Assembly (NCBI GenBank): GCA_964610335.1
Contig: CAZSVP010000003.1
Location: forward strand, 77,531 to 141,530
Direction of reading: 5' to 3'
Length of the DNA stretch: 64,000 bases
From: an uncultured Candidatus Saccharibacteria bacterium
GTDB lineage: Bacteria > Patescibacteriota > Saccharimonadia > CAILAD01 > BJGX01
Shown: piece after piece, positions 1-8,830 of the stretch
Position numbering within the stretch: the stretch's first letter is position 1
How the letters are laid out: the number at the start of each line of letters is the position of its first letter
The notes under the pieces: model-generated
What the model was told of the DNA's origin: nothing
Seen by the model: only the letters and a program-made list of their open reading frames with translations
Database searches by the model: none
Translations under genes and position numbers: made by a program

Positions 1-1
1 T

Positions 2-91
2 GAGACAGTTACACTGACCGTAGTACGCCAGGGCAAGACCATTGAGCTGCGAGCTACGCTAGGCGAAGCACCACAAAATATTCAGCAGTAA
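2..91 (+). CDS. 3' end of a PDZ-domain protein, probably HtrA/DegP-like serine protease (partial, truncated by window start)
   Basis: Manual translation of frame 2: ETVTLTVVRQGKTIELRATLGEAPQNIQQ*, matching the typical PDZ C-terminal 'V.L.V.R.G....L...LG' pattern. Confidence 0.6.
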   Translation, partial: ETVTLTVVRQGKTIELRATLGEAPQNIQQ

Positions 92-164
92 AATACTTGC
101 AATTGATTAATATTGTTGTGTATAGTAAGCACAACAACTATTTAAGTAGGATTAATAACAGAAT

Positions 165-785
165 ATGCCAAACAAAACAAATACTTCACGCGCCCGAGTT
201 GGGAAACAATCCAACAAGGGTGGTTTTAAATTCCGCTGGTGGATGGCCGCTGGCCTCGTAATAGTCGTCGCGTTGGTAGGTGTGCTGGTGTTAAGGTATA
301 GTAAAGCCGCTGGAGGCACTGTTGCTCAGTTTGGTGGCTCCAATTGTACCCGGGTCAACTTAACCCATGTTTATCCCAAGGGTGCCAATGTCACAAACAA
401 TGTTTGTATGGGAACAGTGGATTTTGAAGAGTCGTTTACTTATGATACCAGCATTTCGACTGGCCGGCCTGCTACATACTGTGTTTGGGGAAGAATTTAC
501 ACTAAGAACCCAAGTGACATCATGGGCTTAAGTCTTACTGCATGGGGTACAAATCTTAGGGGACGTTCTGATAGTCAGGTAGTTGATCATACGGGTAACT
601 CTGGTGTAACAGGTTACGGAACTAATTTTACGGCCAATCCAGGAGGCAATATTAAGTTAGCATGTGTTTATGCTACTACTCCAGGTGTAAGTAGATTACA
701 ACTAAATGCCATAGCACTAGGTTCCAACCATTCCACACATTCGAGTGGGTTGGTTTTTATGGACCAAATCACAGTAGAATATTAA
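165..785 (+). CDS. Secreted/surface protein, paralog 1 of the GFKFRWWM-leader family
   Basis: Basic N-terminus, GFKFRWWM, hydrophobic helix, YSKA|A putative cleavage site; 4 Cys shared with paralog 3. Confidence 0.8.
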   Translation: MPNKTNTSRARVGKQSNKGGFKFRWWMAAGLVIVVALVGVLVLRYSKAAGGTVAQFGGSNCTRVNLTHVYPKGANVTNNVCMGTVDFEESFTYDTSISTGRPATYCVWGRIYTKNPSDIMGLSLTAWGTNLRGRSDSQVVDHTGNSGVTGYGTNFTANPGGNIKLACVYATTPGVSRLQLNAIALGSNHSTHSSGLVFMDQITVEY

Positions 786-831
786 AGTCATAATTGTTGA
801 AGAGTAGAACTAATTGTAAGGAGCAACATAG

Positions 832-1269
832 ATGCCAACCAAATCATCAAAATCTAGAGTCAGTAACACAACTAAGAAATCAGGTTTCAAATTCCGCTGG
901 TGGATGGGGGCGCTACTGGTAGCAGTAGTAGCGGTAATTGGAATTTATGTGATCTACAGTAGCCGAGCCAGCGGTAAGCTTTATGTGGGAACGGTCACAT
1001 ATGTCAATCGCGGCCAAGGTGCTCTGACTGTGAATATCAATGGCATGGGGCCAGTGAGCTTTGTTCAATATCCAGGTAATGTACTTAATGGTAGCGTGCC
1101 CGGCTGGAGTCAAAACTATCTGGGTTGGTGCGCGGCCGTCAATCGCGGCAGTGCTAAGAATAGTGGATCAAGCATTTATGATGTCCAGACTGGTGACAAA
1201 GTATTTGTAAGTGTGTTTGATGGTAAAGATGCCAACAGCTGTTATGGTGAAGGTGCCACACTCAACTAG
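832..1269 (+). CDS. Secreted/surface protein, paralog 2 of the GFKFRWWM-leader family
   Basis: SD aaggag upstream; same leader; SSRA|S; divergent mature domain with 2 Cys. Confidence 0.8.
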   Translation: MPTKSSKSRVSNTTKKSGFKFRWWMGALLVAVVAVIGIYVIYSSRASGKLYVGTVTYVNRGQGALTVNINGMGPVSFVQYPGNVLNGSVPGWSQNYLGWCAAVNRGSAKNSGSSIYDVQTGDKVFVSVFDGKDANSCYGEGATLN

Positions 1270-1296
1270 AAATAACAATAAAACGAAAGAAATAAT

Positions 1297-1899
1297 ATGC
1301 CAACCAAAACTACCAAGTCACGCACTAGTAAAACATCTACTAAAAAGTCTGGTTTCAAATTTCGCTGGTGGATGGGCTTAGGTTTGGTCGTATTGGTCGC
1401 ACTCATCGGTGTGCTAGTAGTGCGATTTAGCCACGCTGGTGCAGTAGTACTGGCCAATCCAGCAGGTTGCCCAAGAGTCACTCTTACGCAGGCACATAGC
1501 AAGGGTGCAGCTACATCGGGTCTTGCTTGTCTGCAGGTAAATCGTATTAATTACGTTCAAGATGTCAATATCAGTCCGGGTGGTGTTGCGACCTATTGTG
1601 CCTGGGGCAGATATTATGGCGATGCCTATGTCAAACTCGGGGTAGCTGGTCCGGGTGTTCCTTATACCAATGGGCCACATAGTGGATGGGAGCATCATGC
1701 AGCATCAGATGCCAAAGTGACCGGCTACGGAGCTCAGTGGAATAGTACTCCAAATAACGCAGCGCCAGGTGGCGGTAGCCAATTACTGGCCTGTGTGCGA
1801 GCAAACTCTACTAATGTTAGGCAGATTGACTATGAAGTAAACACTGCTACTAATAGTTTAGTCCTGTGGGATTACATCACAGTTAGTGATATTCAGTAG
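1297..1899 (+). CDS. Secreted/surface protein, paralog 3 of the GFKFRWWM-leader family
   Basis: Same leader; FSHA|G; mature domain aligns with paralog 1 (C.RV.LT, ATYC.WGR, VTGYG, LACV). Confidence 0.8.
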   Translation: MPTKTTKSRTSKTSTKKSGFKFRWWMGLGLVVLVALIGVLVVRFSHAGAVVLANPAGCPRVTLTQAHSKGAATSGLACLQVNRINYVQDVNISPGGVATYCAWGRYYGDAYVKLGVAGPGVPYTNGPHSGWEHHAASDAKVTGYGAQWNSTPNNAAPGGGSQLLACVRANSTNVRQIDYEVNTATNSLVLWDYITVSDIQ

Positions 1900-1901
1900 C
1901 C

Positions 1902-2762
1902 CTAACCAGAAAAACCCAGTATCAAATATTCTTCTAAGATAGGTTTGAGACCAGCGGCTCTTGCCAGCTTAGTAAGCATCTCATGTTGCCATGGGTCGGA
2001 TTCGTGGTAGACACGGCTACCTGGCTTGATATGCGTGGGTAAATCTCGATAAAAGCGTCGATAAAGATCGAGCCCATCACCAGGGCCACCAAATAGGGCA
2101 ATGGATGGTTCTTTCTGAACTTCTGGTTTCATACGCGGTTTGTAATCTTCGCTGACGTAGGGGAGATTGGTTACTACTGTTTCGAATTTGTCATCTATGC
2201 CTTCCCAGATATCGGCTTCAATAAAGTTGATCTTAGGATCTTTACCTAGTATGTCCTCGGCATTAAGCCTAGCTACATCAATGGCTTCAGGTGATACTTC
2301 AGTGGCTGTAATCTGCAGGTCAGGCCGGTGCTTGGCAATAGCTATAGCAATCGCCCCAGATCCAGTACCAATGTCTATTAGATTAGACCTTTGTGGTGCT
2401 TCCTTGATAGCCTGTTCAGCAACTAGCTCAGTTTCTACCCGGGGTGAAAGCACGCGGTTATCGACATAAAACTCAATTCCGTAAAACTCCAGTTTGTTGG
2501 TAATGTAGCAGACTGGCTCCCGATCCAATCTGCGCTGCAAATACCCCTCAAACTGCTTACGCTGCGCTGTGGTGAGCTTTTGATCGTCATGGGCCAATAA
2601 GTACGACTTATCCACACCCAACACATCACAGAGCAATAATTTGGCATCGAGTTGCCAGCTAGGTATATCGGCAGCCTTGAGCCGCTTTTGAGCAACTTCC
2701 AAAGTCGTTTTAATAGGTGCATCAACTATTGGCTTCGAGGGCTTTTTGGATGTCGGCTTCAT
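1902..2762 (-). CDS. prmC: Release factor glutamine methyltransferase (HemK/PrmC)
   Basis: [19 protein letters not shown] and NLPY motifs; directly downstream of prfA; start position uncertain (41-nt overlap with prfA). Confidence 0.95.
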   Translation of the reverse strand: MKPTSKKPSKPIVDAPIKTTLEVAQKRLKAADIPSWQLDAKLLLCDVLGVDKSYLLAHDDQKLTTAQRKQFEGYLQRRLDREPVCYITNKLEFYGIEFYVDNRVLSPRVETELVAEQAIKEAPQRSNLIDIGTGSGAIAIAIAKHRPDLQITATEVSPEAIDVARLNAEDILGKDPKINFIEADIWEGIDDKFETVVTNLPYVSEDYKPRMKPEVQKEPSIALFGGPGDGLDLYRRFYRDLPTHIKPGSRVYHESDPWQHEMLTKLARAAGLKPILEEYLILGFSG

Positions 2763-3783
2763 GAAGTTTCTCTATTAGTTCAGATATATCACCATCCATC
2801 ACCTTAGGTAGGTTGTGGGTGGTGTAGCCAATGCGGTGGTCGGTAATCCGATCTTGAGGGTAGTTGTAGGTGCGGATCTTCTCACTGCGATCACCTGTAC
2901 CGATCTGACTTCGGCGAGCATCGCCTAGCTTCTTGGCTTCCTCTTCTTGCTGCTGAGCAAGCAAGCGGCTACGTAGCACACTCATGGCTTTGATCTTGTT
3001 TTTGAGCTGTGATTTCTCATCTTGGCAAGTGACGACTATGCCTGTGGGTATATGAGTAAGCCGCACAGCGCTATCAGTGGTATTAACACTCTGGCCACCA
3101 TTGCCGGAGCTACGATACACGTCGACCCGAAGATCATTGGGGCTTATTTCAATATCGTTTTCTTCGGCCTCAGGTAGTACTGCAACCGTGGCCGTACTGG
3201 TGTGAATTCGGCCGGCACTCTCGGTGGTAGGCACACGTTGTACACGGTGTACGCCGCTCTCATACTTGAGCGTGCCGTAGGCTTGATCGCCCGACACCTC
3301 AAATATTACCTCTTTGTAGCCACCTTCGGGGTTGGGGCTTTCGCTCAGCATTTGAGCCTTCAAATCGTGACGCTCACAGAAACGTACGTACATGCGCAAC
3401 AGATCACCGGCAAAGATTGAGCTTTCATCACCGCCAGCACCGGCTCGGATCTCAATAATGGCATTTTTGCGGTCATTGGGATCGGTTGGAATTAGTGCCA
3501 CTTGGATCTGTGATTCTAGCTTGGCCAATCTGGCTTCCAACTCGGGCACTTCCGCTTCGGCGAGCTCGCGCATCTCAGGGTCATTGAGCAAGGATTGGGC
3601 TTCTTTGAGCTGCTGCTGGCTTGATTGATAACGTTCAAACAGTTCCAGTTTGGATTGAAGCTCATGAGCTTGAGCACTCAAGCCCCCAGCTCGACCTGAT
3701 TTAAAGATTTCAGGATCTCTTAACTCAGCATTGATAGATTCAAGCTGTTGAGAGGTTTCCTTGATTTTGTCTGATATATCCAT
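2722..3783 (-). CDS. prfA: Peptide chain release factor 1
   Basis: GGQ motif ([17 protein letters not shown]), [14 protein letters not shown] with the PxT specificity motif; start set at MDISDK. Confidence 0.97.
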   Translation of the reverse strand: MDISDKIKETSQQLESINAELRDPEIFKSGRAGGLSAQAHELQSKLELFERYQSSQQQLKEAQSLLNDPEMRELAEAEVPELEARLAKLESQIQVALIPTDPNDRKNAIIEIRAGAGGDESSIFAGDLLRMYVRFCERHDLKAQMLSESPNPEGGYKEVIFEVSGDQAYGTLKYESGVHRVQRVPTTESAGRIHTSTATVAVLPEAEENDIEISPNDLRVDVYRSSGNGGQSVNTTDSAVRLTHIPTGIVVTCQDEKSQLKNKIKAMSVLRSRLLAQQQEEEAKKLGDARRSQIGTGDRSEKIRTYNYPQDRITDHRIGYTTHNLPKVMDGDISELIEKLHEADIQKALEANS

Positions 3784-3812
3784 AAGTGTAAGATTTAATA
3801 GTAGTATACAAC

Positions 3813-3840
3813 ACAAAACGAGCCAGGATATGGCTCGCTT
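3813..3840 (-). terminator. Intrinsic terminator after rpmE
   Basis: Minus strand cgagcca-tatcc-tggctcg followed by ttttgtg. Confidence 0.6.
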
Positions 3841-3857
3841 AAGATAGGTCTAATTAG

Positions 3858-4211
3858 TTAAGATTCGGCTTTGTCAGCAGAGTCTTTGGCGGGTTTGTCG
3901 ACAGTATTGCCAGCTAGTTCGGCTTTCACAGCCTTAAGATCGGCCTTAACATCTGTAGTTTCAGCTTTGGAGCGCTCTTTCTTGGCTTTGGTGGGCTTAC
4001 CAACAGCCTTAGCGGCTTCTTGCTTGGCTCGGAAGCGATCTACACGACCAGCGGTATCCACTAGTTTTTGCTTACCGGTGTAGAAGGGATGACAATTACT
4101 ACAAATTTCTACCTCGATCTTATCTACTGTAGAGCGCGTATCAAAAGCGTTGCCGCAGCCATTACAGATGACCTTGGTATCTTTGAGTTCTGGGTGAATG
4201 CCGGTTTTCAT
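3858..4211 (-). CDS. rpmE: 50S ribosomal protein L31 with Lys/Ala-rich C-terminal extension
   Basis: MKTGIHP...CNGCGN...[13 protein letters not shown]...GRVDRF. Confidence 0.97.
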   Translation of the reverse strand: MKTGIHPELKDTKVICNGCGNAFDTRSTVDKIEVEICSNCHPFYTGKQKLVDTAGRVDRFRAKQEAAKAVGKPTKAKKERSKAETTDVKADLKAVKAELAGNTVDKPAKDSADKAES

Positions 4212-4303
4212 AATCGCTCTATAGTAGCATATCAGATCAGAAATGTCAAAACTGAAACAGCTAGTCTTCCCACAGCTTGTTACTACTATAGATTGCGAAA
4301 AGA

Positions 4304-4711
4304 TTAGGCAGTTTCTTTGCCGATTTTGGCCTTGAGAATTAACTGACGGGTAGTGCCGGCATCGTCTGTTATCTCGGTCTGTTTAGTCTCTTCGTAATAG
4401 CTTACCAAATAGTGGCTGAGTATCTCTTCAAGATCTTTGAGTTTCAGGCGGTAATCATCGACCTCGGCACTGAGCTTTTGGTAATCTTTGTCGCTTAAGA
4501 GTAATTTCTTGGCTTCTGTGCGTTTGGTGGAAAGCTCCTTGATCTCTTCTTGGACGCGCTGGTATTCTTCGTTCTGGGTTAGGGCGTCACGTAGCTGGTC
4601 GCGCATGGTTTTAAGTTTGTCACGAGTTTCGCCAATTTCTGGCAGTAGCCGCTGGATAGCTACTAATGGGCTAGTGTCTTCAGGGGTTTGGTTTTCTTGG
4701 GTTTGATTCAT
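4304..4711 (-). CDS. Hypothetical coiled-coil protein
   Basis: Charged heptad-rich ORF; TATAAT lies 7 nt before the ATG at 4711 (MNQTQ), favouring this start. Confidence 0.8.
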   Translation of the reverse strand: MNQTQENQTPEDTSPLVAIQRLLPEIGETRDKLKTMRDQLRDALTQNEEYQRVQEEIKELSTKRTEAKKLLLSDKDYQKLSAEVDDYRLKLKDLEEILSHYLVSYYEETKQTEITDDAGTTRQLILKAKIGKETA

Positions 4712-4751
4712 GATAAGCATTATACAGTTATAATGTAGCTTACCAAAAGAC

Positions 4752-4780
4752 TTGAAATTATATGTGTTTTCCGGTATAAT
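4752..4780 (+). promoter_or_regulatory. Sigma70-type promoter firing into an ORF-free structured region
   Basis: TTGAAA-17 nt-TATAAT. Confidence 0.8.
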
Positions 4781-4786
4781 TTGCCG

Positions 4787-5203
4787 TGTTCAAAGATCTT
4801 TTACAGAACTGGAGACGAAAGTGAGACGCTTCACAGCGCCATTCACCAGTGTGGATTTGCCTTGGCCGGGCCCCACTCTCTAGAAAGTCTGTTATCCCTT
4901 CTGCTCTCTGGTGGTACAACCTCCCATCACCGATTGCGGACGGCAGATAGCTTTCGTCTCCATACTCTGCTCATCACAGGTACAACCGTGGCAGCCTGAG
5001 AGCCTCTTCGGCTTTCGCTCCCGCCTACGTCCATGACCACGGACCCTGTGATGAGCACTCTTTCACACTGCCAGCCCACCCGCCAGGTCGGTCCCGAGAC
5101 CACCTCCATCCCGCCGGTCTTGGGACCGCCTGGTGGCGGCTAGCTAAGTGTGATCAGGCCAAACAGCCTCTCGTCTGCAATATGCGGACGGAGGCTGTCT
5201 TTG
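4787..5203 (+). ncRNA. Candidate ~420-nt structured non-coding RNA of unknown family
   Basis: Promoter upstream; perfect 12-bp (4810-4821/4951-4962) and 13-bp (4968-4980/5045-5057) closing stems; long third hairpin 5063-5153; terminal hairpin 5163-5202; G-U wobbles favour + strand. Confidence 0.6.
5163..5203. terminator. Probable bidirectional terminator hairpin
   Basis: acagcctc-t-cgtctgca/ata/tgcggacg-gaggctgt then ctttg; lies between the candidate RNA and the convergent LOG gene. Confidence 0.65.
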
Positions 5204-5213
5204 ATTGAGGTTA

Positions 5214-5903
5214 TTAAATACGAGCTTGAGCGTTGCGAGCGATCTCTACTACAGTATCTTCATCGTCAGTAATTGTATAAAGACTATGGTCTTCCGGACT
5301 AATCATTTGATGTTCGAGCTGCAAGCTCTTGTGTACGGCTGTATCAATTGTTTCCCAGAACCAAGCGCCAACACACACAATAGGCACTTGGTGAATCTTA
5401 CGTGTTTGTACTAGTGTTAGGATTTCATAAAACTCATCGAGGGTACCAAACCCGCCTGGAAAATATATGTACATGCGAGCCGCAAAAGTCATGGTAACTT
5501 TGCGTGTAAAAAAGTAGTGAAACGGTACTTCTTGGGTAAGGTAGGGATTGTCGGCTTGTTCGTTGGGCAACTCTATATTCAAGCCCACCGAGTGGCCACC
5601 TGCATCATGGGCGCCGCGGTTGGCGGCTTCCATGATACCACTGGCACCACCAGTTACTACCGTATAACCAAGCTCCTTCACCAAGCGGCTAGCTAGGTGA
5701 CGGGCTTTGATGTACTCTGGGTTGTCCTCAGTAACGCGGGTCGAGCCAAAAAATGTTACTTTCTTGGGATAGCGACTGATAATGTTGAGACCCTGCTTGA
5801 TCTCTTCGTTGATTATGCAGACTCGTTGTGAGTTAGGGTCATCAGTACGATCGTCGCAGCTTTCACGTACGTCTTTGACAGAGCTGGGGTTGAATTGGTC
5901 CAT
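5214..5903 (-). CDS. LOG-family (TIGR00730-like) nucleotide phosphoribohydrolase
   Basis: VTFFGS, TGGASGIMEAANRGA, YFFTRK and PGGFGTLDE motifs; start at 5903 or 5909. Confidence 0.92.
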   Translation of the reverse strand: MDQFNPSSVKDVRESCDDRTDDPNSQRVCIINEEIKQGLNIISRYPKKVTFFGSTRVTEDNPEYIKARHLASRLVKELGYTVVTGGASGIMEAANRGAHDAGGHSVGLNIELPNEQADNPYLTQEVPFHYFFTRKVTMTFAARMYIYFPGGFGTLDEFYEILTLVQTRKIHQVPIVCVGAWFWETIDTAVHKSLQLEHQMISPEDHSLYTITDDEDTVVEIARNAQARI

Positions 5904-5964
5904 AAACATAAGTATAAAGTGATTATGCTCAAGTTGAAAGGCTGTAGGGCCAACTTTAGGCTGT

Positions 5965-6011
5965 ACACCATATGTGGTGTATGGATAGTAGGGAGACTCT
6001 ACAGATAGTGT
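5965..6011. promoter_or_regulatory. Tandem NrdR-type boxes
   Basis: acaccatatgtggtgt (5965-5980) and actctacagatagtgt (5996-6011) fit the NrdR consensus acaCwAtATaTwGtgt; starts 31 bp apart (~3 helical turns). Confidence 0.7.
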
Positions 6012-6111
6012 ATTAATTTACAAAAATTGTCATGCTAAATACCTTTACAAGCATGAGCGGCAAGCGTACGATAGTACTTAAGCATTAACAAAACAAATAG
6101 GAGGGTGAGAT

Positions 6112-6219
6112 ATGCCAGAGAAAACACAGCACAATGCTATCTCAGATGATTCTTGGGATAAGCCAATGGTGTGCCCAATAGATCCGGAAGAACTGAAAGA
6201 GTGTGAAGTCTGCCAATAA
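6112..6219 (+). CDS. 35-aa peptide resembling the C-terminal redox Cys tail of ribonucleotide reductase alpha subunit (absent from the ORF track)
   Basis: MPEKTQHNAISDDSWDKPMVCPIDPEELKECEVCQ*; SD aggagg; promoter TTTACA-17-TACGAT (6044-6072); own terminator. Confidence 0.8.
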   Translation: MPEKTQHNAISDDSWDKPMVCPIDPEELKECEVCQ

Positions 6220-6236
6220 GCATTGATTATGACGAC

Positions 6237-6266
6237 TAAAACCCCCGCGCAAGGCGGGGTTTTTTG
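6237..6266. terminator. Intrinsic terminator (possibly bidirectional) after the small peptide gene
   Basis: aaaacccccgc-gcaa-ggcggggttttttt. Confidence 0.8.
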
Positions 6267-6339
6267 ATAGGCTTTTACCGAGTGTAAACCGACCAAAGAG
6301 TTCAATATACAATTAAGCGCTTTGGTTGGGCCGGCGCCC

Positions 6340-6708
6340 TCACACAGTGGTGAGAGCGCTGGCGGAAGCGGATGGTGTGGGGGAACGGCGACGAAGCCTG
6401 GGAACGGCTTTGATCATCTCGATCTCTGCTGTTGGATCGAGCTTGTTCAGCTCGAGCTCATACCAGCCTCGCTGACGTTCGCCAGCGACTGCTGAGCTTC
6501 GGGTACGAAGGCGCAACTGCACTGTGTGTTCGTCTCCCAAGTAGCAGTTCATGACCTTGATAACCTCGAAATGGCTCAACGCCCACAAGTAGGCTGAGGG
6601 CAGCATTTCGATCCCCCAAGCGGTCAACTGACGGCCTTCGATAGCTACCATGTCGCCGCTGCGCAACTCGCCCACCGCAGTGGGACGAAGAAACGACTTT
6701 TTGTACAA
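6340..6708 (-). CDS. Hypothetical protein (GC-richer orphan)
   Basis: TTG start with strong SD aggagg; no recognisable motif. Confidence 0.6.
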   Translation of the reverse strand: MYKKSFLRPTAVGELRSGDMVAIEGRQLTAWGIEMLPSAYLWALSHFEVIKVMNCYLGDEHTVQLRLRTRSSAVAGERQRGWYELELNKLDPTAEIEMIKAVPRLRRRSPTPSASASALTTV

Positions 6709-6888
6709 CTTATCCTCCTAGAAGCTCTTCGGGTGAATACAAAGTTATCAAACTTCCAGTGCTTTTGCAAGCACCCTGAGATCTTCTTAATATTTGCCTT
6801 GTGAACAGACGACCCGTCCCGGAGTTAACCAGAACGGGTGAGACTGTTCGCAAGCTAGTCAGACAAGCTGACTAGGTTTGCGAGGTGA

Positions 6889-7485
6889 TTACCACCAACG
6901 GTGTGAAATCCAGAAGGCGTAAGCACCAGCCCATGAGCCGTAACGACGGACAGCGTAACTGGTAAAGTACGCATCCTCACAGGCATAGTCAAGCGTAGGA
7001 CATACGGCCAAAAGCTTCGATCCGGGACAAGCTTGACCAAGTCCGAGACAACCTGCACTATTGGCACGGGTTGGGTTGTTACCCGACTCGTGTTGGTAAA
7101 TGTACAACTTATACTCAGCGTCACTACCAGTCAATGCCGGAGCGGGCGATGTACTGACACGGGCTTGCGCCTGGGCAGTAGCAGCCTGCTTGGCAGCAGT
7201 AGCGGCTTCGGCAGCCTTTTGGGCAGCTTCAGCATCAGCTTGCGCCTTGGCAGCCTGAGTGGCTCGTAGCTTGGTTAAAACTTCTTGGTCGAAGCTACCG
7301 CGCTTAGAGACAACATCAAGGGCGCTGTCGGCCTGCATGTTTATTTTGATGTCATAGTTTGATTGTGTGGCACCAGCTGCTTCAGCGGGCTGGGCAGTTA
7401 GTTTGGCGAGTTGGGGAGCCACAGGAGCGATCGCCTGGTTCACTAAGGCTATTACAGCCACAAGTGTCATATAGAGGTTACGCAT
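6889..7485 (-). CDS. Secreted lytic-transglycosylase-like protein (aggregation-promoting-factor-type C-terminal domain)
   Basis: Signal peptide, Ala-rich stalk, ESGNNP..N..GCLGLGQ and YAVRRYGSWAGAYAFWISHRWW C-terminus. Confidence 0.85.
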   Translation of the reverse strand: MRNLYMTLVAVIALVNQAIAPVAPQLAKLTAQPAEAAGATQSNYDIKINMQADSALDVVSKRGSFDQEVLTKLRATQAAKAQADAEAAQKAAEAATAAKQAATAQAQARVSTSPAPALTGSDAEYKLYIYQHESGNNPTRANSAGCLGLGQACPGSKLLAVCPTLDYACEDAYFTSYAVRRYGSWAGAYAFWISHRWW

Positions 7486-7636
7486 GGAATGTGTTTTATA
7501 ATTCCGCCCGAACCTTTGTACTAGTTAAAGTTCTTTAGAAGAAGTAGCTCGACCTGAGCCGTACTTCTTGTGTTAATCGCTCTTACTAAATAAGGACCAT
7601 TACTTAGTAACGGTCCGAATTCGAAGAACGACGCAT

Positions 7637-7665
7637 ACTATACCAAACATAAGCGTATTTGTCAA
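7637..7665 (-). promoter_or_regulatory. Sigma70-type promoter for the transglycosylase-like gene with ~145-nt structured leader
   Basis: Minus strand TTGACA-17 nt-TATAGT. Confidence 0.75.
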
Positions 7666-7832
7666 TAGTAATTATGCAAAAAATGCTATTCTACAGATGG
7701 TATCAGGTATACCTGTATTGCTTGACGAGGCTATGATAATGTCAAATTCTTACTAATACTTATGCTCGCATTACTGTTATCAGATATGGTATAGTTGGCG
7801 CCAGATCGTTGACAAGCCCTAGGGGGGGGACA

Positions 7833-8174
7833 ATGAGTGATCAAAACTGCTTGCCTGGGTGGGTGACCGAGCGGCGTCTTGAATCGCTGCAGGGACTGCG
7901 ACTCTGGTACACCATGCAAATGCTGGTGACAATTCCACTGTTGCTGGCAACCACGGCAATCCTGGTACGGATAGGTCAGACCAGTGACACCATGTTCTTG
8001 GTGGTGTTGTTGGCCAGTTCCATCTGGTTTGCGTACTGTCAACATCGGTTGTGGCTGTTCCGACCACTTGGGCCGGCAGCTCGTGAGTACAACAGGTGGC
8101 AGTGCTATTGCATCAAGAATCAATGCTACCTCACGCCAGATCAATGGCGCGAGAGCAGGAGGAGTTATGTCTGA
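7833..8174 (+). CDS. Small membrane protein, orphan
   Basis: G-rich SD before ATG 7833; two hydrophobic segments. Confidence 0.6.
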   Translation: MSDQNCLPGWVTERRLESLQGLRLWYTMQMLVTIPLLLATTAILVRIGQTSDTMFLVVLLASSIWFAYCQHRLWLFRPLGPAAREYNRWQCYCIKNQCYLTPDQWRESRRSYV

Positions 8175-8454
8175 TTGGCGTACTGGAGAGTGGCTGTGGG
8201 CCGCCCTGGGACTCATCTGTTTGCTATCTGGAGTGGCGCTCTACATCTGGGAGTTTAGCCGCGGTTGGACTCCGATTCGAATCATTCGCGAGTATCGCTA
8301 CGAGTGGCGTTGCTCCAAGACTGAAGGACGAGCTCGTCACACCAGTTACGAATGGGGAGCGAGGCTGGGCCTGGCCAACGTTCTCTGGTTCGTTGCAGCA
8401 ATTGCAGTCTTCAACATTCTGCGGTGGGACATCGCGATTCCACCCTGGCAATAA
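8167..8454 (+). CDS. Small membrane protein, orphan
   Basis: SD aggaggag before ATG 8167, overlapping previous stop; two hydrophobic segments. Confidence 0.65.
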   Translation: MSDWRTGEWLWAALGLICLLSGVALYIWEFSRGWTPIRIIREYRYEWRCSKTEGRARHTSYEWGARLGLANVLWFVAAIAVFNILRWDIAIPPWQ

Positions 8455-8462
8455 GGAGCGAC

Positions 8463-8723
8463 ATGACAGATCAGATGAGTTTTACCCAGGTGAGAGATGA
8501 GTTGCTCAATGTGGTAGCACAGGCCAGTGATCTGGTGGAGAAGCAGCTGGAAGCCGGTCGACTGAGTGGCGACACAGCCGAAGCGATCCGAGGAGAGCTC
8601 CAGGTGATTCGCAATCGCCTTAGCTGGGTTCAACCGAGCGACAACGAGCAGCTTGATCGGCTCAGCATGTCAGTGCTGATCGCCACCATTCACGCTTGCT
8701 TCCCGGGCGTCTTCGACGACTGA
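8463..8723 (+). CDS. Small helical protein, orphan
   Basis: SD aaggag before ATG 8463 (MTDQMSF...). Confidence 0.65.
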   Translation: MTDQMSFTQVRDELLNVVAQASDLVEKQLEAGRLSGDTAEAIRGELQVIRNRLSWVQPSDNEQLDRLSMSVLIATIHACFPGVFDD

Positions 8724-8782
8724 CGAAGCCCTGACCTTTGGCAGCTGTTTCTGGATTATATCTGGAGACGCGGTAAAACTGC

Positions 8783-8826
8783 CTCAACCAAAGTGATCAA
8801 AAAAGAGTTTGATAGTTTTGGTTGAG
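8783..8826. terminator. Hairpin between convergent genes (probable terminator)
   Basis: ctcaaccaaag..atcaaa / tttgat..ttttggttgag inverted repeat. Confidence 0.55.
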
Positions 8827-8830
8827 TAGA

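Noticed and set aside
2435-2725. ORF coupled to the prfA stop via TGATG
   Set aside because: Out of frame with the well-conserved PrmC reading frame it overlaps; treated as a shadow ORF
4781-5109. Short ORFs 4781-4999 (+) and 4927-5109 (-) as real genes
   Set aside because: The + ORF starts directly after the -10 box (before the likely TSS), neither has a clear SD or protein-like composition, and long perfect stems explain the sequence better
4787-5203. RNase P, tmRNA, SRP or hammerhead identity
   Set aside because: No GAGGAAAGUCC/P4 partner, no tRNA-like ends, no SRP domain IV motif and no CUGANGA core found by eye on either strand
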